From Dehalococcoidia bacterium (lineage in GTDB: Bacteria; Chloroflexota; Dehalococcoidia; Lucifugimonadales; UBA826): DNA of 64,000 nucleotides. Position 1 is the first letter of the stretch. Every line of letters starts with the position of its first letter. The stretch is taken from contig JAPYSB010000002.1 of assembly GCA_029936675.1 (NCBI GenBank), forward strand, positions 116,681-180,680. The letters are read 5' to 3'. The position numbers and the translations under genes are program-made. Positions 1 to 8,719 of the stretch are shown here, piece by piece. The notes below the pieces were generated by a model. It was not told the DNA's origin. It saw nothing but the letters and a program-made list of their open reading frames with translations, and did not search any database.

Positions 1-20
1 TTTTCGAACTATATTGATAG

Positions 21-3000
21 ATGCAGATAAATCAGATTGGTGGATACGAAATAATAGAATTGGTGGGTGAAGGGGGACAAGGCTCCGTTTACCGGGCTCA
101 AGATCCTTCGACTGGCCAAACAGTGGCTATCAAAATTCTCTCCCATTCGGCTTCTGATGGAGAATTTTTAGATAGATTTCAACGTGAAGCCTCAATAATG
201 GCGACGATTAAGCATCCCAATGTGGTTCAAATATACGATCATGGAGAGGAGGAAGGGAGACATTATATTGTCACTGAGTTTGTATCTGATAACCTCGAAA
301 AAACCCTGAAACGTAGAACTACCCTACCTTTGTCGAGAGCTGTGGTTGTGGCCCAACAAATAGCTTCAGCGTTAGAAGTTTCACACAACGCTGGTATCAC
401 CCATAGAGATATAAAGCCAGCTAACGTGTTAATTAATGATGCCGGAGAGGTTAAATTAACTGATTTTGGTATAGCTTCGGCTGAGTCATTGGATTCCATG
501 ACTAGTGAAAATACCACGGTGGGTACACCACTCTATATGTCCCCTGAACAAATTCAGGGGTCACAGTCGATTGACGGGCGATCGGATCTGTATTCATTAG
601 GCTGCCTATTTTATGAAACCCTGACTGGTTTTACTCCATTCCAAGGCGCTAGTACCTACGAAATATTTGATGGACATATTAAGGAGCCTTCTAAGCCAAT
701 ATCAGAATATTTAAATGACTTCCCTGAGTTACTGGACACAATATTGGAGCGATCCTTAACAAAGGAACGTGAGGATCGTTACCAAACTGCTGGGGATTTG
801 ATCAAAGATCTGGGAGAACTTACCAATATATTGGCCAGGGGGCCATCTGAAGTTTCCCGAACGAGGGTTATGCCGAAAATTTTAGGCACCCAGAGAATTT
901 CAACTGGGAATACTCCCAAGGCTCAAGTAATCCCAAAATGGATCATACCGGTAGGAAGTGTTCTAGTTATTGTCATTATTTTGGCCGTTGGAGGTTTCTT
1001 GCTCTCGGTAAATGGGAATAGCGGTAACATCGGTGCGGCCGTTGGGATCGCTTCTAGTGATTTATCTGAACCCAATAAAGAATCTGCAGTCGAGTCTTTA
1101 TCTCAGCCAACTCCTGTTTCTACCATATCTAGTCTCGATAGTAGTGGCAATGAGCCACTGGAATTGGGTCAAAATATACTGTCCGTTTACGCAGTAGACA
1201 ATAAAAAGGCCTTAGGCCTAATGGTGCAATCCGCGGAACTTAACCCTGAAGAAGCAATGCATTTTGTTTTTGAAATGCATCAAACAAATAAAAATTTAAC
1301 CACGGAATTTCTGATTGATTTAGGCGAAAACAATCCTGAAACAGTTGCGATTATTCTAAACGAGGCAATTGGTTACGATTTGCCAGTCGCCTCAAATATG
1401 TTTATAGATTTGATTGGACAAAATGAAGCATTCACCCTGCAATTTCTTAATTACATTTTTGAAACCTATCCGGGGGCATCAAATACCTATCAGGATTTAT
1501 TGGTCCAATCTATTAAAGAAGACCATGAGAGTATGGCAGCTTTTATAGATGAAATTGGAAGAAAAATCAGTACAACCAACAATGATTTTCAGGATATAGT
1601 GGGAAATTCGCTTATTCGTTTAATATCAGAAGACATGGAAACGGCCATCGATTTATTTGTGGCTACCCACACAGAATCGATGCCCGTTTGGATCAAATTA
1701 GTCAGATTCCATGGGGATAAAAGTGTTGGAGCATTATTTGTCGTAAACCATAAAACTGCCAGACCTGAAATTACAATCGACCGGCTTTCATATTTGATTG
1801 AAGAAGAGATGAATGCATCGGGGCTGCTTTTCCTACAGATGTCAGGGGAAGATCCTTCCGAAACCTCCCTAATTCTAAGGGAACTCCTTGAATCCGACAA
1901 AGTGTCAGAAGACAAACTAGTAGCTTCACTGCTTAACGCCTCATATTCGGGATGGGAGGGTAGTGATTACAGGATCGTAGAAGATGTTTTGAATCAAGAT
2001 CCGGCATACATATCTCTATTAGGAAGAAGGATTCACCCGCAGATTTGGATCGACATGGAAATTCCGTGGCCAGGGATGGGGGAATATGGAAAAGGTATTT
2101 GGTCTAATGTTCGCCTGGATCAATCATCAGCTGTATATTTTGGAGATTTAGTTGTCAAAACTTTGGATCCCCTCGGAATAGAAGATGCCGTTGTGAGGAT
2201 TAGAGACATTGATCCACCTGTTCCAGACCAGCGGGCAGGTAGGTACAACTTCACCCATTTTTCCATGGAAACTGACGGCTTTTATGCAGATGATCTAAGT
2301 GCCGTTTTATCATTTGATCTCCCTGCGGGACATTTTCTTGCTAAAGACTATGATGCGCATCCTTGGTCTGTACAATTGAGTCGCTATGATGATAGTTCAC
2401 AAACTTGGAATCCGATCCCAGCCAACACCTATTCTAACGATGTGTCTATTTCCGAAAATATCAATTCGGGAGAATTTCTTACATTTTCTGTTCCTATTGC
2501 TGACTTATCTAGGGAACAAAATTCCATTTGGTCTATAACAACGGCACGATTAGGGGAAAGTCCAATTCTAGGTGAAACACTTAGATTAGAAGATATTTCA
2601 GTAGACCCGATTGGAAGAAATCAAGTTCAATTTTCGGGCAGGCTTTTGAACCAAACATCATCTCCTTTTATGAGAGATGTCCCGATGATTATAGACTCAG
2701 TGCCTGAATATACCGACATCATAAGGCTAAAGCGCAACGGCAGAAGTCAATTAAATTATGAAATATTTGTGGCATCGGGGTATAGAAGACTTAACATTGC
2801 CGATCAGTATTTAGAATATGAGAACACTGATTTCGTAGAAAATTTTCCGGCCAGTGGAATAACTACTAATGAACCTACTGCCAATCCTGTGGTTCCTGCT
2901 AGTTCACTTGAAAAGTTTTTGCCTGGTAATTCCCTACCCACAAATGCAGATTCGGAAATTAAAAAGGTCATTCTGATGATTCCTTCAGTCCCAGATCTTT

Positions 3001-5318
3001 TGCCTGAAAGCGATACAGGATTTTCTGATTTTGATGATTTAACCTCTGCTTACACACCTGAATTTGATGGGACAGCTGATGCTGATATCTTGGTAGTTTT
3101 GTTAGGGGTAAATGGAGAGGAATATGGCAGAGCTACATCCAATAGTGATGGATACTGGACGATAACAGCTGATGGTATAACCGAGGGATCTCATATGCTT
3201 TTTACAGTTGCTGAGGATGGTTATGGGAATCAAAGTGGGAGTTCAGATTTTCTTAGGATCGCCATAGATCGTACTCCACCTAAGATGCCTAATTTTTCTT
3301 CTGACAGCCTAGGGGGCTACGGAACCTTAAAAGCTAATGGTAAATCTGAACCTAAGGCATTAATTGAGATGTGGGGGATTGGAGGCCATTCTGGAATTAG
3401 TGGGACATCTGACCTTGTTTTTTTGACCTCAACAATTGCGGATTCGGAAGGCAGATGGGATCTTGACATTACGGGGCTAAGGAAAGGAGATCATAGAATC
3501 TCCCAAATTGAGATAGATTTGGCGGGTAATCGAAGTGAACAGTCAGAATTTAGGTCGGTGCCCATGAATAATGTTCGTGAAGCAATAAGTGCAAGTGACA
3601 TCATATCTTCATATGTCGACGATGCTTCCAAAGGGCTCATGACATTAAAAAACATACGAAAAGAACACCCGCAAATAGCCGGCGCCCTAATTCTAGACAT
3701 GTGGCAATCCGAGCCAGAATTGACCCTGGATTTTCTTAAAATATTATACGGTGCCGATATAGATGAATTTGTGTTGCTAATTAACGAAGCTTCTTTTTCA
3801 GACTTGAATATGACAGCGGAGATGTTCGAGAGGTTTAGCACCAGAAATTCTGAAGCCTCCGCTAGTTTCTTGTTTCACACAATCCAATCTCACCCCGATA
3901 ACAGATACATAGAAAATTTATCCCAACTGTTTAATCATATTTTAACTGAGGCCGATGTTCGATCAATGGCCTTACTCCTGGATGAGATTGGAGAACGAAG
4001 TTTTAATGCTTCTGAAAAACAAGAGGACAGCATACAATCGGGATTAGTACTTATTGGAAACATTCTTGAAAATATGACCCTTCATGATTTTGACAGGGCT
4101 ATTGTTTTATTGAATTTCTCCAAGCCGAAATCTTTATTTGTGTGGCAAAAACTTATTACTTTATCTGGAAAGCCTACCGTGGGAGCCCTTTTCATAGAAA
4201 GCTCAAGGCGAGGTAACCGGGAAAATATGGCTAGGAAACTGGCGGACATTATTAACAATGAAGGGCCTGCAAGTAGCCTTTTGCTTCAAATGTCGGGAGA
4301 AGACGCCCCTGAAACTTCAAGGATCCTCAGAAGCCTTGATGACACTGGGATTATTCCTTGGAATAGAGTAGTTAAAACAATTATGCAGGCGGCATATGGG
4401 AGCTGGAATGGCAGCGACTATGATGAGGTTGAAGAAATGATGCTTTACGATTCCGATTTCCTTTCGATGTCTGCTGGTCAAATTGACCCACAAATATTAC
4501 TTGATATGAAGGTTCCAACACCTGGAATGGGAGATGAATCAACAGGGTTTTGGTATGACGTTTCACTCGAGCATTATCTAGGTGAAGGTCTGCCCCATGG
4601 TTCTGGAGTGTTATTCGGAACCCCAATGATAAAAACTTCTTCAGACTTTGGTCAATCCCAGGCTGGTATTATTATTAGAGAGTTTCAACCCCCGTTTCCT
4701 GACAACAGGCCTAACAGGCAGGGGTTTATGCATTTTGAAATGGAAACCTTCGGTTTGCCGAAAACATCACCTAGCTTTGTATTAGTATTTGAGTTACCTA
4801 AAATACACTTTCAGGCAGAAGGCTATGATGCCCATGTATGGTCAGTGCAATTGAGTTGGCTCGACGAAGATTCAAAAACATATAACCCTATTGTGGCTAC
4901 TACGATAAATGGGTCTGATTTCAATGACGGTAGGGAGGAAAGGATTTCTTTTATGGTGCCAATAGCTGATATGGGAAATGACATTCCTGAAAATTATGAA
5001 TCTTCTATATGGTCTATATCAACCAGTAATCGACTAGGAATAGGAAAGGGAGGAATAATCGGTAATTCGATCAATGTAGGCCCAATTCATTCCGAACAAA
5101 TCGTTGGTTCTTTGAAGACAATTACCGGTACAATAAAGAATGATACTCAGGAGCGTCTGATTAAAGACGTTGCCTTGGTCATCGATGGGATACCCGAATT
5201 TGTTTTTCCTCTTGATATGGAGCCGAATCAAATTGTAGAAATTGAAGAAACCATAATTGCTGGAATCCATCAATTTGCACTTGGGAATATGGTGGTGGAA
5301 TACAGCGGCAGGTATTAG
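21..5318 (+). CDS. Membrane-spanning Ser/Thr protein kinase with very large duplicated extracytoplasmic region (1765 aa)
   Basis: Hanks-type kinase motifs at the N-terminus: G-loop GEGGQGSVY, VAIK, HRDIKPANVL, DFGIA, GTPLYMSPEQ. One hydrophobic helix WIIPVGSVLVIVIILAVGGFLL. The remaining ~1430 aa hold two copies of one long module and two Ig-like domains. Confidence 0.85.
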   Translation: MQINQIGGYEIIELVGEGGQGSVYRAQDPSTGQTVAIKILSHSASDGEFLDRFQREASIMATIKHPNVVQIYDHGEEEGRHYIVTEFVSDNLEKTLKRRTTLPLSRAVVVAQQIASALEVSHNAGITHRDIKPANVLINDAGEVKLTDFGIASAESLDSMTSENTTVGTPLYMSPEQIQGSQSIDGRSDLYSLGCLFYETLTGFTPFQGASTYEIFDGHIKEPSKPISEYLNDFPELLDTILERSLTKEREDRYQTAGDLIKDLGELTNILARGPSEVSRTRVMPKILGTQRISTGNTPKAQVIPKWIIPVGSVLVIVIILAVGGFLLSVNGNSGNIGAAVGIASSDLSEPNKESAVESLSQPTPVSTISSLDSSGNEPLELGQNILSVYAVDNKKALGLMVQSAELNPEEAMHFVFEMHQTNKNLTTEFLIDLGENNPETVAIILNEAIGYDLPVASNMFIDLIGQNEAFTLQFLNYIFETYPGASNTYQDLLVQSIKEDHESMAAFIDEIGRKISTTNNDFQDIVGNSLIRLISEDMETAIDLFVATHTESMPVWIKLVRFHGDKSVGALFVVNHKTARPEITIDRLSYLIEEEMNASGLLFLQMSGEDPSETSLILRELLESDKVSEDKLVASLLNASYSGWEGSDYRIVEDVLNQDPAYISLLGRRIHPQIWIDMEIPWPGMGEYGKGIWSNVRLDQSSAVYFGDLVVKTLDPLGIEDAVVRIRDIDPPVPDQRAGRYNFTHFSMETDGFYADDLSAVLSFDLPAGHFLAKDYDAHPWSVQLSRYDDSSQTWNPIPANTYSNDVSISENINSGEFLTFSVPIADLSREQNSIWSITTARLGESPILGETLRLEDISVDPIGRNQVQFSGRLLNQTSSPFMRDVPMIIDSVPEYTDIIRLKRNGRSQLNYEIFVASGYRRLNIADQYLEYENTDFVENFPASGITTNEPTANPVVPASSLEKFLPGNSLPTNADSEIKKVILMIPSVPDLLPESDTGFSDFDDLTSAYTPEFDGTADADILVVLLGVNGEEYGRATSNSDGYWTITADGITEGSHMLFTVAEDGYGNQSGSSDFLRIAIDRTPPKMPNFSSDSLGGYGTLKANGKSEPKALIEMWGIGGHSGISGTSDLVFLTSTIADSEGRWDLDITGLRKGDHRISQIEIDLAGNRSEQSEFRSVPMNNVREAISASDIISSYVDDASKGLMTLKNIRKEHPQIAGALILDMWQSEPELTLDFLKILYGADIDEFVLLINEASFSDLNMTAEMFERFSTRNSEASASFLFHTIQSHPDNRYIENLSQLFNHILTEADVRSMALLLDEIGERSFNASEKQEDSIQSGLVLIGNILENMTLHDFDRAIVLLNFSKPKSLFVWQKLITLSGKPTVGALFIESSRRGNRENMARKLADIINNEGPASSLLLQMSGEDAPETSRILRSLDDTGIIPWNRVVKTIMQAAYGSWNGSDYDEVEEMMLYDSDFLSMSAGQIDPQILLDMKVPTPGMGDESTGFWYDVSLEHYLGEGLPHGSGVLFGTPMIKTSSDFGQSQAGIIIREFQPPFPDNRPNRQGFMHFEMETFGLPKTSPSFVLVFELPKIHFQAEGYDAHVWSVQLSWLDEDSKTYNPIVATTINGSDFNDGREERISFMVPIADMGNDIPENYESSIWSISTSNRLGIGKGGIIGNSINVGPIHSEQIVGSLKTITGTIKNDTQERLIKDVALVIDGIPEFVFPLDMEPNQIVEIEETIIAGIHQFALGNMVVEYSGRY

Positions 5319-5664
5319 ACACCAAGGTTTATTTTCTATGAGGAAATGCTCGGCTCAGCGTTGGAAGTGGCGGCTATGGAAATACCTTCGACGTGGAAAT
5401 ATACGAATTCCAATCACACCGTGTGTTAGTCAAAATGTTACTATTCGCCCATGAAAATCAGGCAACTACGTAGAAAAAACAGATGAAACTATAGGTCAGT
5501 TCCTTCAGTCATGGCTTGGAAATCCAAATGAGCACTTACTTAGGCAGTGGCCCGTAATTCTAGTTTAACCTGTCTAATTAAATCCGTATATTTTATTGGA
5601 CCCATCTTGTCTATTATTGAGGCTACTTTTTCGTTTAACGAATTTACGATGGAGGTATAGATTT

Positions 5665-6939
5665 ATGGATCCAACCGAAAGGCTTGCTATAGACGGGGGG
5701 ACGCCAGTCTTTGACCATCCAATTTCTCCGGGTGTGTCTGGGCCAAGTGTTGTGGGAGAAGAAGAAATCAACGCCGTTACCAATTTACTAAAAAGCCAGC
5801 AACTTTTTAGGCATCGAGAGTCAAGTGAGACGAATCAGATGGAGAAAGAAGCAGCTAAGGTATTGGGGGTCAAATATGCTTTGATGGTTAATTCGGGAAC
5901 GAGTGCCCTCATTTGTGCTTTGTTAGGTGTTGGGGTAGGTCCAGGAGACGAAGTTATCGTGCCTGGGTACACATTTATCGCCACCGCGTCAGCAGTGATA
6001 GCAACTGGTGCTGTGCCAGTGATAGCAGAAATTGACGATTCACTTGGACTTAGCCCAGATGACGTTGTAAAAAAAATAACGCCTCATACGAAGGCAATTA
6101 TTCCAGTTCATATGAGGGGAATACCCGCGAAACTCGACCAGCTTATTAAAATTGCAACTAAACATGATCTTCGAGTGGTTGAGGATTGCTGTCAAAGCGT
6201 TGGGGCGGAATACAGAGGACATAAAGTGGGAACTTTTGGTGACGCTGGGGCTTGGAGTCTGAACTACTTTAAAACAATAAGCGCTGGAGAAGGAGGATTG
6301 GTGTATACCAATGATAGAGATGTGTTTGAAAGGGCTTGTCTTGCAGCTGACCCCGGTCTTCCGATGTGGGAGACGGCAGATCACGTGGACGAGTGGCATA
6401 ATGAACCTTTTCCTCGTCAGACATACCGTGCGAGCGAAGTGCTTGCGGCCATAGCCCGGGTTCAACTGGGAAAGTTAGATGAAATCGTTGGTCATCAACG
6501 GTTACTTAAATCTTCATTTCTTGGCGAATTGGATGAGTCTGGGAATTATGTTCATCAATACGTGGAAGACCCATCAGGTGATACAGGAGTTTCGGCATCA
6601 ATAATTTTCCATGATAAAGAGATGGCTATAGGATACGCGCATGCCCTGCAAGCCGAAGGAGTGGAAGTGGCTACCATCTACAACGACGGTTTTCCAGATA
6701 GACATATATATAGCCATTGGGACGCTATTTTGGAAAAACGATCACCACATCCCACAGGATACCCATGGAAAGATCCGTCTTACCGAGGAAATGTTGAATA
6801 CTCGAAGGATATGTGTCCACAGACCTTGGACATTCTAGGTAGGACTCTACGGTTTGATTTTCATATGAATATGACAAAGACGCAAGCTCGTCTCGTAGCT
6901 AAAGCCTTGAATAAGGTGGATTCTGCATTGGGAGTCTAA
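5665..6939 (+). CDS. DegT/DnrJ/EryC1/StrS-family PLP-dependent aminotransferase
   Basis: Family pattern NSGTSALICALLGVGVGPGDEVIVPGYTFIATA, PVHMRG, EDCCQSVGA, SLNYFKTISAGEGG (likely PLP lysine). Start placed at ATG 5665, 9 nt after GGAGG (5651-5655). The longest ORF starts at 5596. Confidence 0.8.
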   Translation: MDPTERLAIDGGTPVFDHPISPGVSGPSVVGEEEINAVTNLLKSQQLFRHRESSETNQMEKEAAKVLGVKYALMVNSGTSALICALLGVGVGPGDEVIVPGYTFIATASAVIATGAVPVIAEIDDSLGLSPDDVVKKITPHTKAIIPVHMRGIPAKLDQLIKIATKHDLRVVEDCCQSVGAEYRGHKVGTFGDAGAWSLNYFKTISAGEGGLVYTNDRDVFERACLAADPGLPMWETADHVDEWHNEPFPRQTYRASEVLAAIARVQLGKLDEIVGHQRLLKSSFLGELDESGNYVHQYVEDPSGDTGVSASIIFHDKEMAIGYAHALQAEGVEVATIYNDGFPDRHIYSHWDAILEKRSPHPTGYPWKDPSYRGNVEYSKDMCPQTLDILGRTLRFDFHMNMTKTQARLVAKALNKVDSALGV

Positions 6940-7100
6940 TCTACCCGCCACGAAAATTCAGTTACATTTGGTGTGAATCAATATTTTGGTTTGCCTATGT
7001 TTGCTGATTAGGATCTAGTTTTATTTTTAACTTTATTCAACCCGCCAAATGAATATTAAATGAAGCTTTCATTGAGAGTAATATTTTTCCGGAGAATATC

Positions 7101-8276
7101 ATGCCTGTAAAAATGCTTCGAGAATTTTTTTTACTAGAGTCTGCTGGAGGCATACTTTTAGTCATAGCTGCAGCAGTTGCTTTATTCATCAGCAACTCCC
7201 CTCTCGAGCACTACTATCATGACACCTTGAACGCACCTGTAATTATTCAGATTGGAAATTTTTCCATTGATAAACATCTCCACCATTGGGTTAATGACGG
7301 TTTGATGGCAATTTTTTTCCTTTTAGTAAGTTTGGAGATAAAACGGGAAGTTCTAGACGGACAGTTATCAAGCAAAGCTCAGATCAGCCTTCCTGCAATC
7401 GCGGCCCTGGGAGGGCTATTATTTCCTGCTTTAATTTATATAACTTTGAACTGGGGAAATTCAACCACAATGCAAGGTTGGGCAATCCCAGCGGCAACCG
7501 ACATAGCATTTGCTCTTGGAGTTTTGACCCTTTTGGGTAGCAGGGTCCCTGAATCTTTGAAATTGACCTTGGTATCTATCGCAATCTTTGATGACTTAGC
7601 AGCGATAGTAATAATTGCGATTTTTTATACTGAGACCCTATCGGTATACCCTCTGGGTGGAGCCTTCCTGTGTATTTTGGCTCTTTTAGCTCTCAATAAA
7701 AGAAGGATTTCTGAACTGTCACCTTACATGGTTGTAGGAACATTGCTTTGGGTATGTGTCTTAAAGTCTGGCCTACACGCCACCTTAGCAGGAGTTATAG
7801 TCGCCATGTTCACCCCTCATAAATCAAAAGATGCGGCAGAGCCCGCGCCTCTGTATCGTCTAGAACACGGCCTACATCTTTGGGTTGCATTTTTGATACT
7901 ACCTTTATTTGCGTTAGCCAACGCTGGCGTCTCTTTGAAAGGCCTCTCTATCGACTTCTTCACTGAGCCACTTACTCTGGGAGTAGGAGTTGGCCTGCTT
8001 TTTGGAAAGCAAATTGGAGTCATGCTCTTTACATATATTGGTGTTGTCTTCAAGCTCTGTTCGCTTCCTACCGGGATTCGATGGAGTCAATATTACGGGC
8101 TAGCTCTTCTCGCTGGAATAGGATTTACTATGAGTTTGTTCATCGGAGAATTAGCCTTCGACGATGACAAGTTGCAAATTCTTGCCCGCTTGGGGGTTAT
8201 AACCGGTTCTCTGGCATCTGGCATATTCGGGTATTTCACGCTAAGAATCACCAGCCCAAAACAAGCGGTTAGATAA
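7101..8276 (+). CDS. nhaA: Na+/H+ antiporter NhaA
   Basis: Polytopic membrane protein of 391 aa with NhaA signatures GWAIPAATDIAFALGVL and SIAIFDDLAAIVIIAIFY (paired Asp motif). Confidence 0.9.
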   Translation: MPVKMLREFFLLESAGGILLVIAAAVALFISNSPLEHYYHDTLNAPVIIQIGNFSIDKHLHHWVNDGLMAIFFLLVSLEIKREVLDGQLSSKAQISLPAIAALGGLLFPALIYITLNWGNSTTMQGWAIPAATDIAFALGVLTLLGSRVPESLKLTLVSIAIFDDLAAIVIIAIFYTETLSVYPLGGAFLCILALLALNKRRISELSPYMVVGTLLWVCVLKSGLHATLAGVIVAMFTPHKSKDAAEPAPLYRLEHGLHLWVAFLILPLFALANAGVSLKGLSIDFFTEPLTLGVGVGLLFGKQIGVMLFTYIGVVFKLCSLPTGIRWSQYYGLALLAGIGFTMSLFIGELAFDDDKLQILARLGVITGSLASGIFGYFTLRITSPKQAVR

Positions 8277-8719
8277 ACGCTATTTTCTTAAGAGTCCTAC
8301 CTTAGGTTCATAGCCAAGGTTCTTATCTTGGTGCCATTCCATTAATACTGCGGTGAACTGCGTCGTTCGCATTCTTGGCTTATGTCCTTTTTCTCCAAGG
8401 AGGGAGGATATGAATATCGGTAATGGTGTTTCCCCCGATATATTCTTCAGCCTAAACACTTTTATATATCTCACGTCAACGTCAATATTTCCGGTTATTT
8501 CAGAGCACATCCTAAAAGTATTGAGCCCGAAATAAAGGCCCTGAGGTGAGCTCCAAAACTCTCATTGTGTATCTCTAGCACAAAGAATTTGTTCCTTTAC
8601 AGAGGTATCTAACTATGGGATAGTACTTTTGTGGGTTAATAAATATTCACAGAAAGAGTAAATACAATCATTATCAACATTAAACAAGATAAATTGTTAT
8701 GTAATTTGGAGGATCACTT

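Noticed and set aside
5257-5454. 65-aa ORF overlapping the kinase 3' end, and other short ORFs in the 5319-5664 gap
   Set aside because: The translation is Trp/Arg-rich nonsense, with no RBS. It overlaps the well-supported kinase frame.
8280-8510. 76-aa minus-strand ORF in the 440-bp gap between nhaA and SBP1
   Set aside because: It has a protein-like sequence (…RYIKVFRLKNISGETPLPIF…MEWHQDKNLGYEP) and the frame is open ~18 codons further upstream. But there is no RBS and no recognisable family, and it overlaps an equally weak plus-strand ORF (8353..8535). The evidence is too thin to call it a gene, though it may be a fragment.
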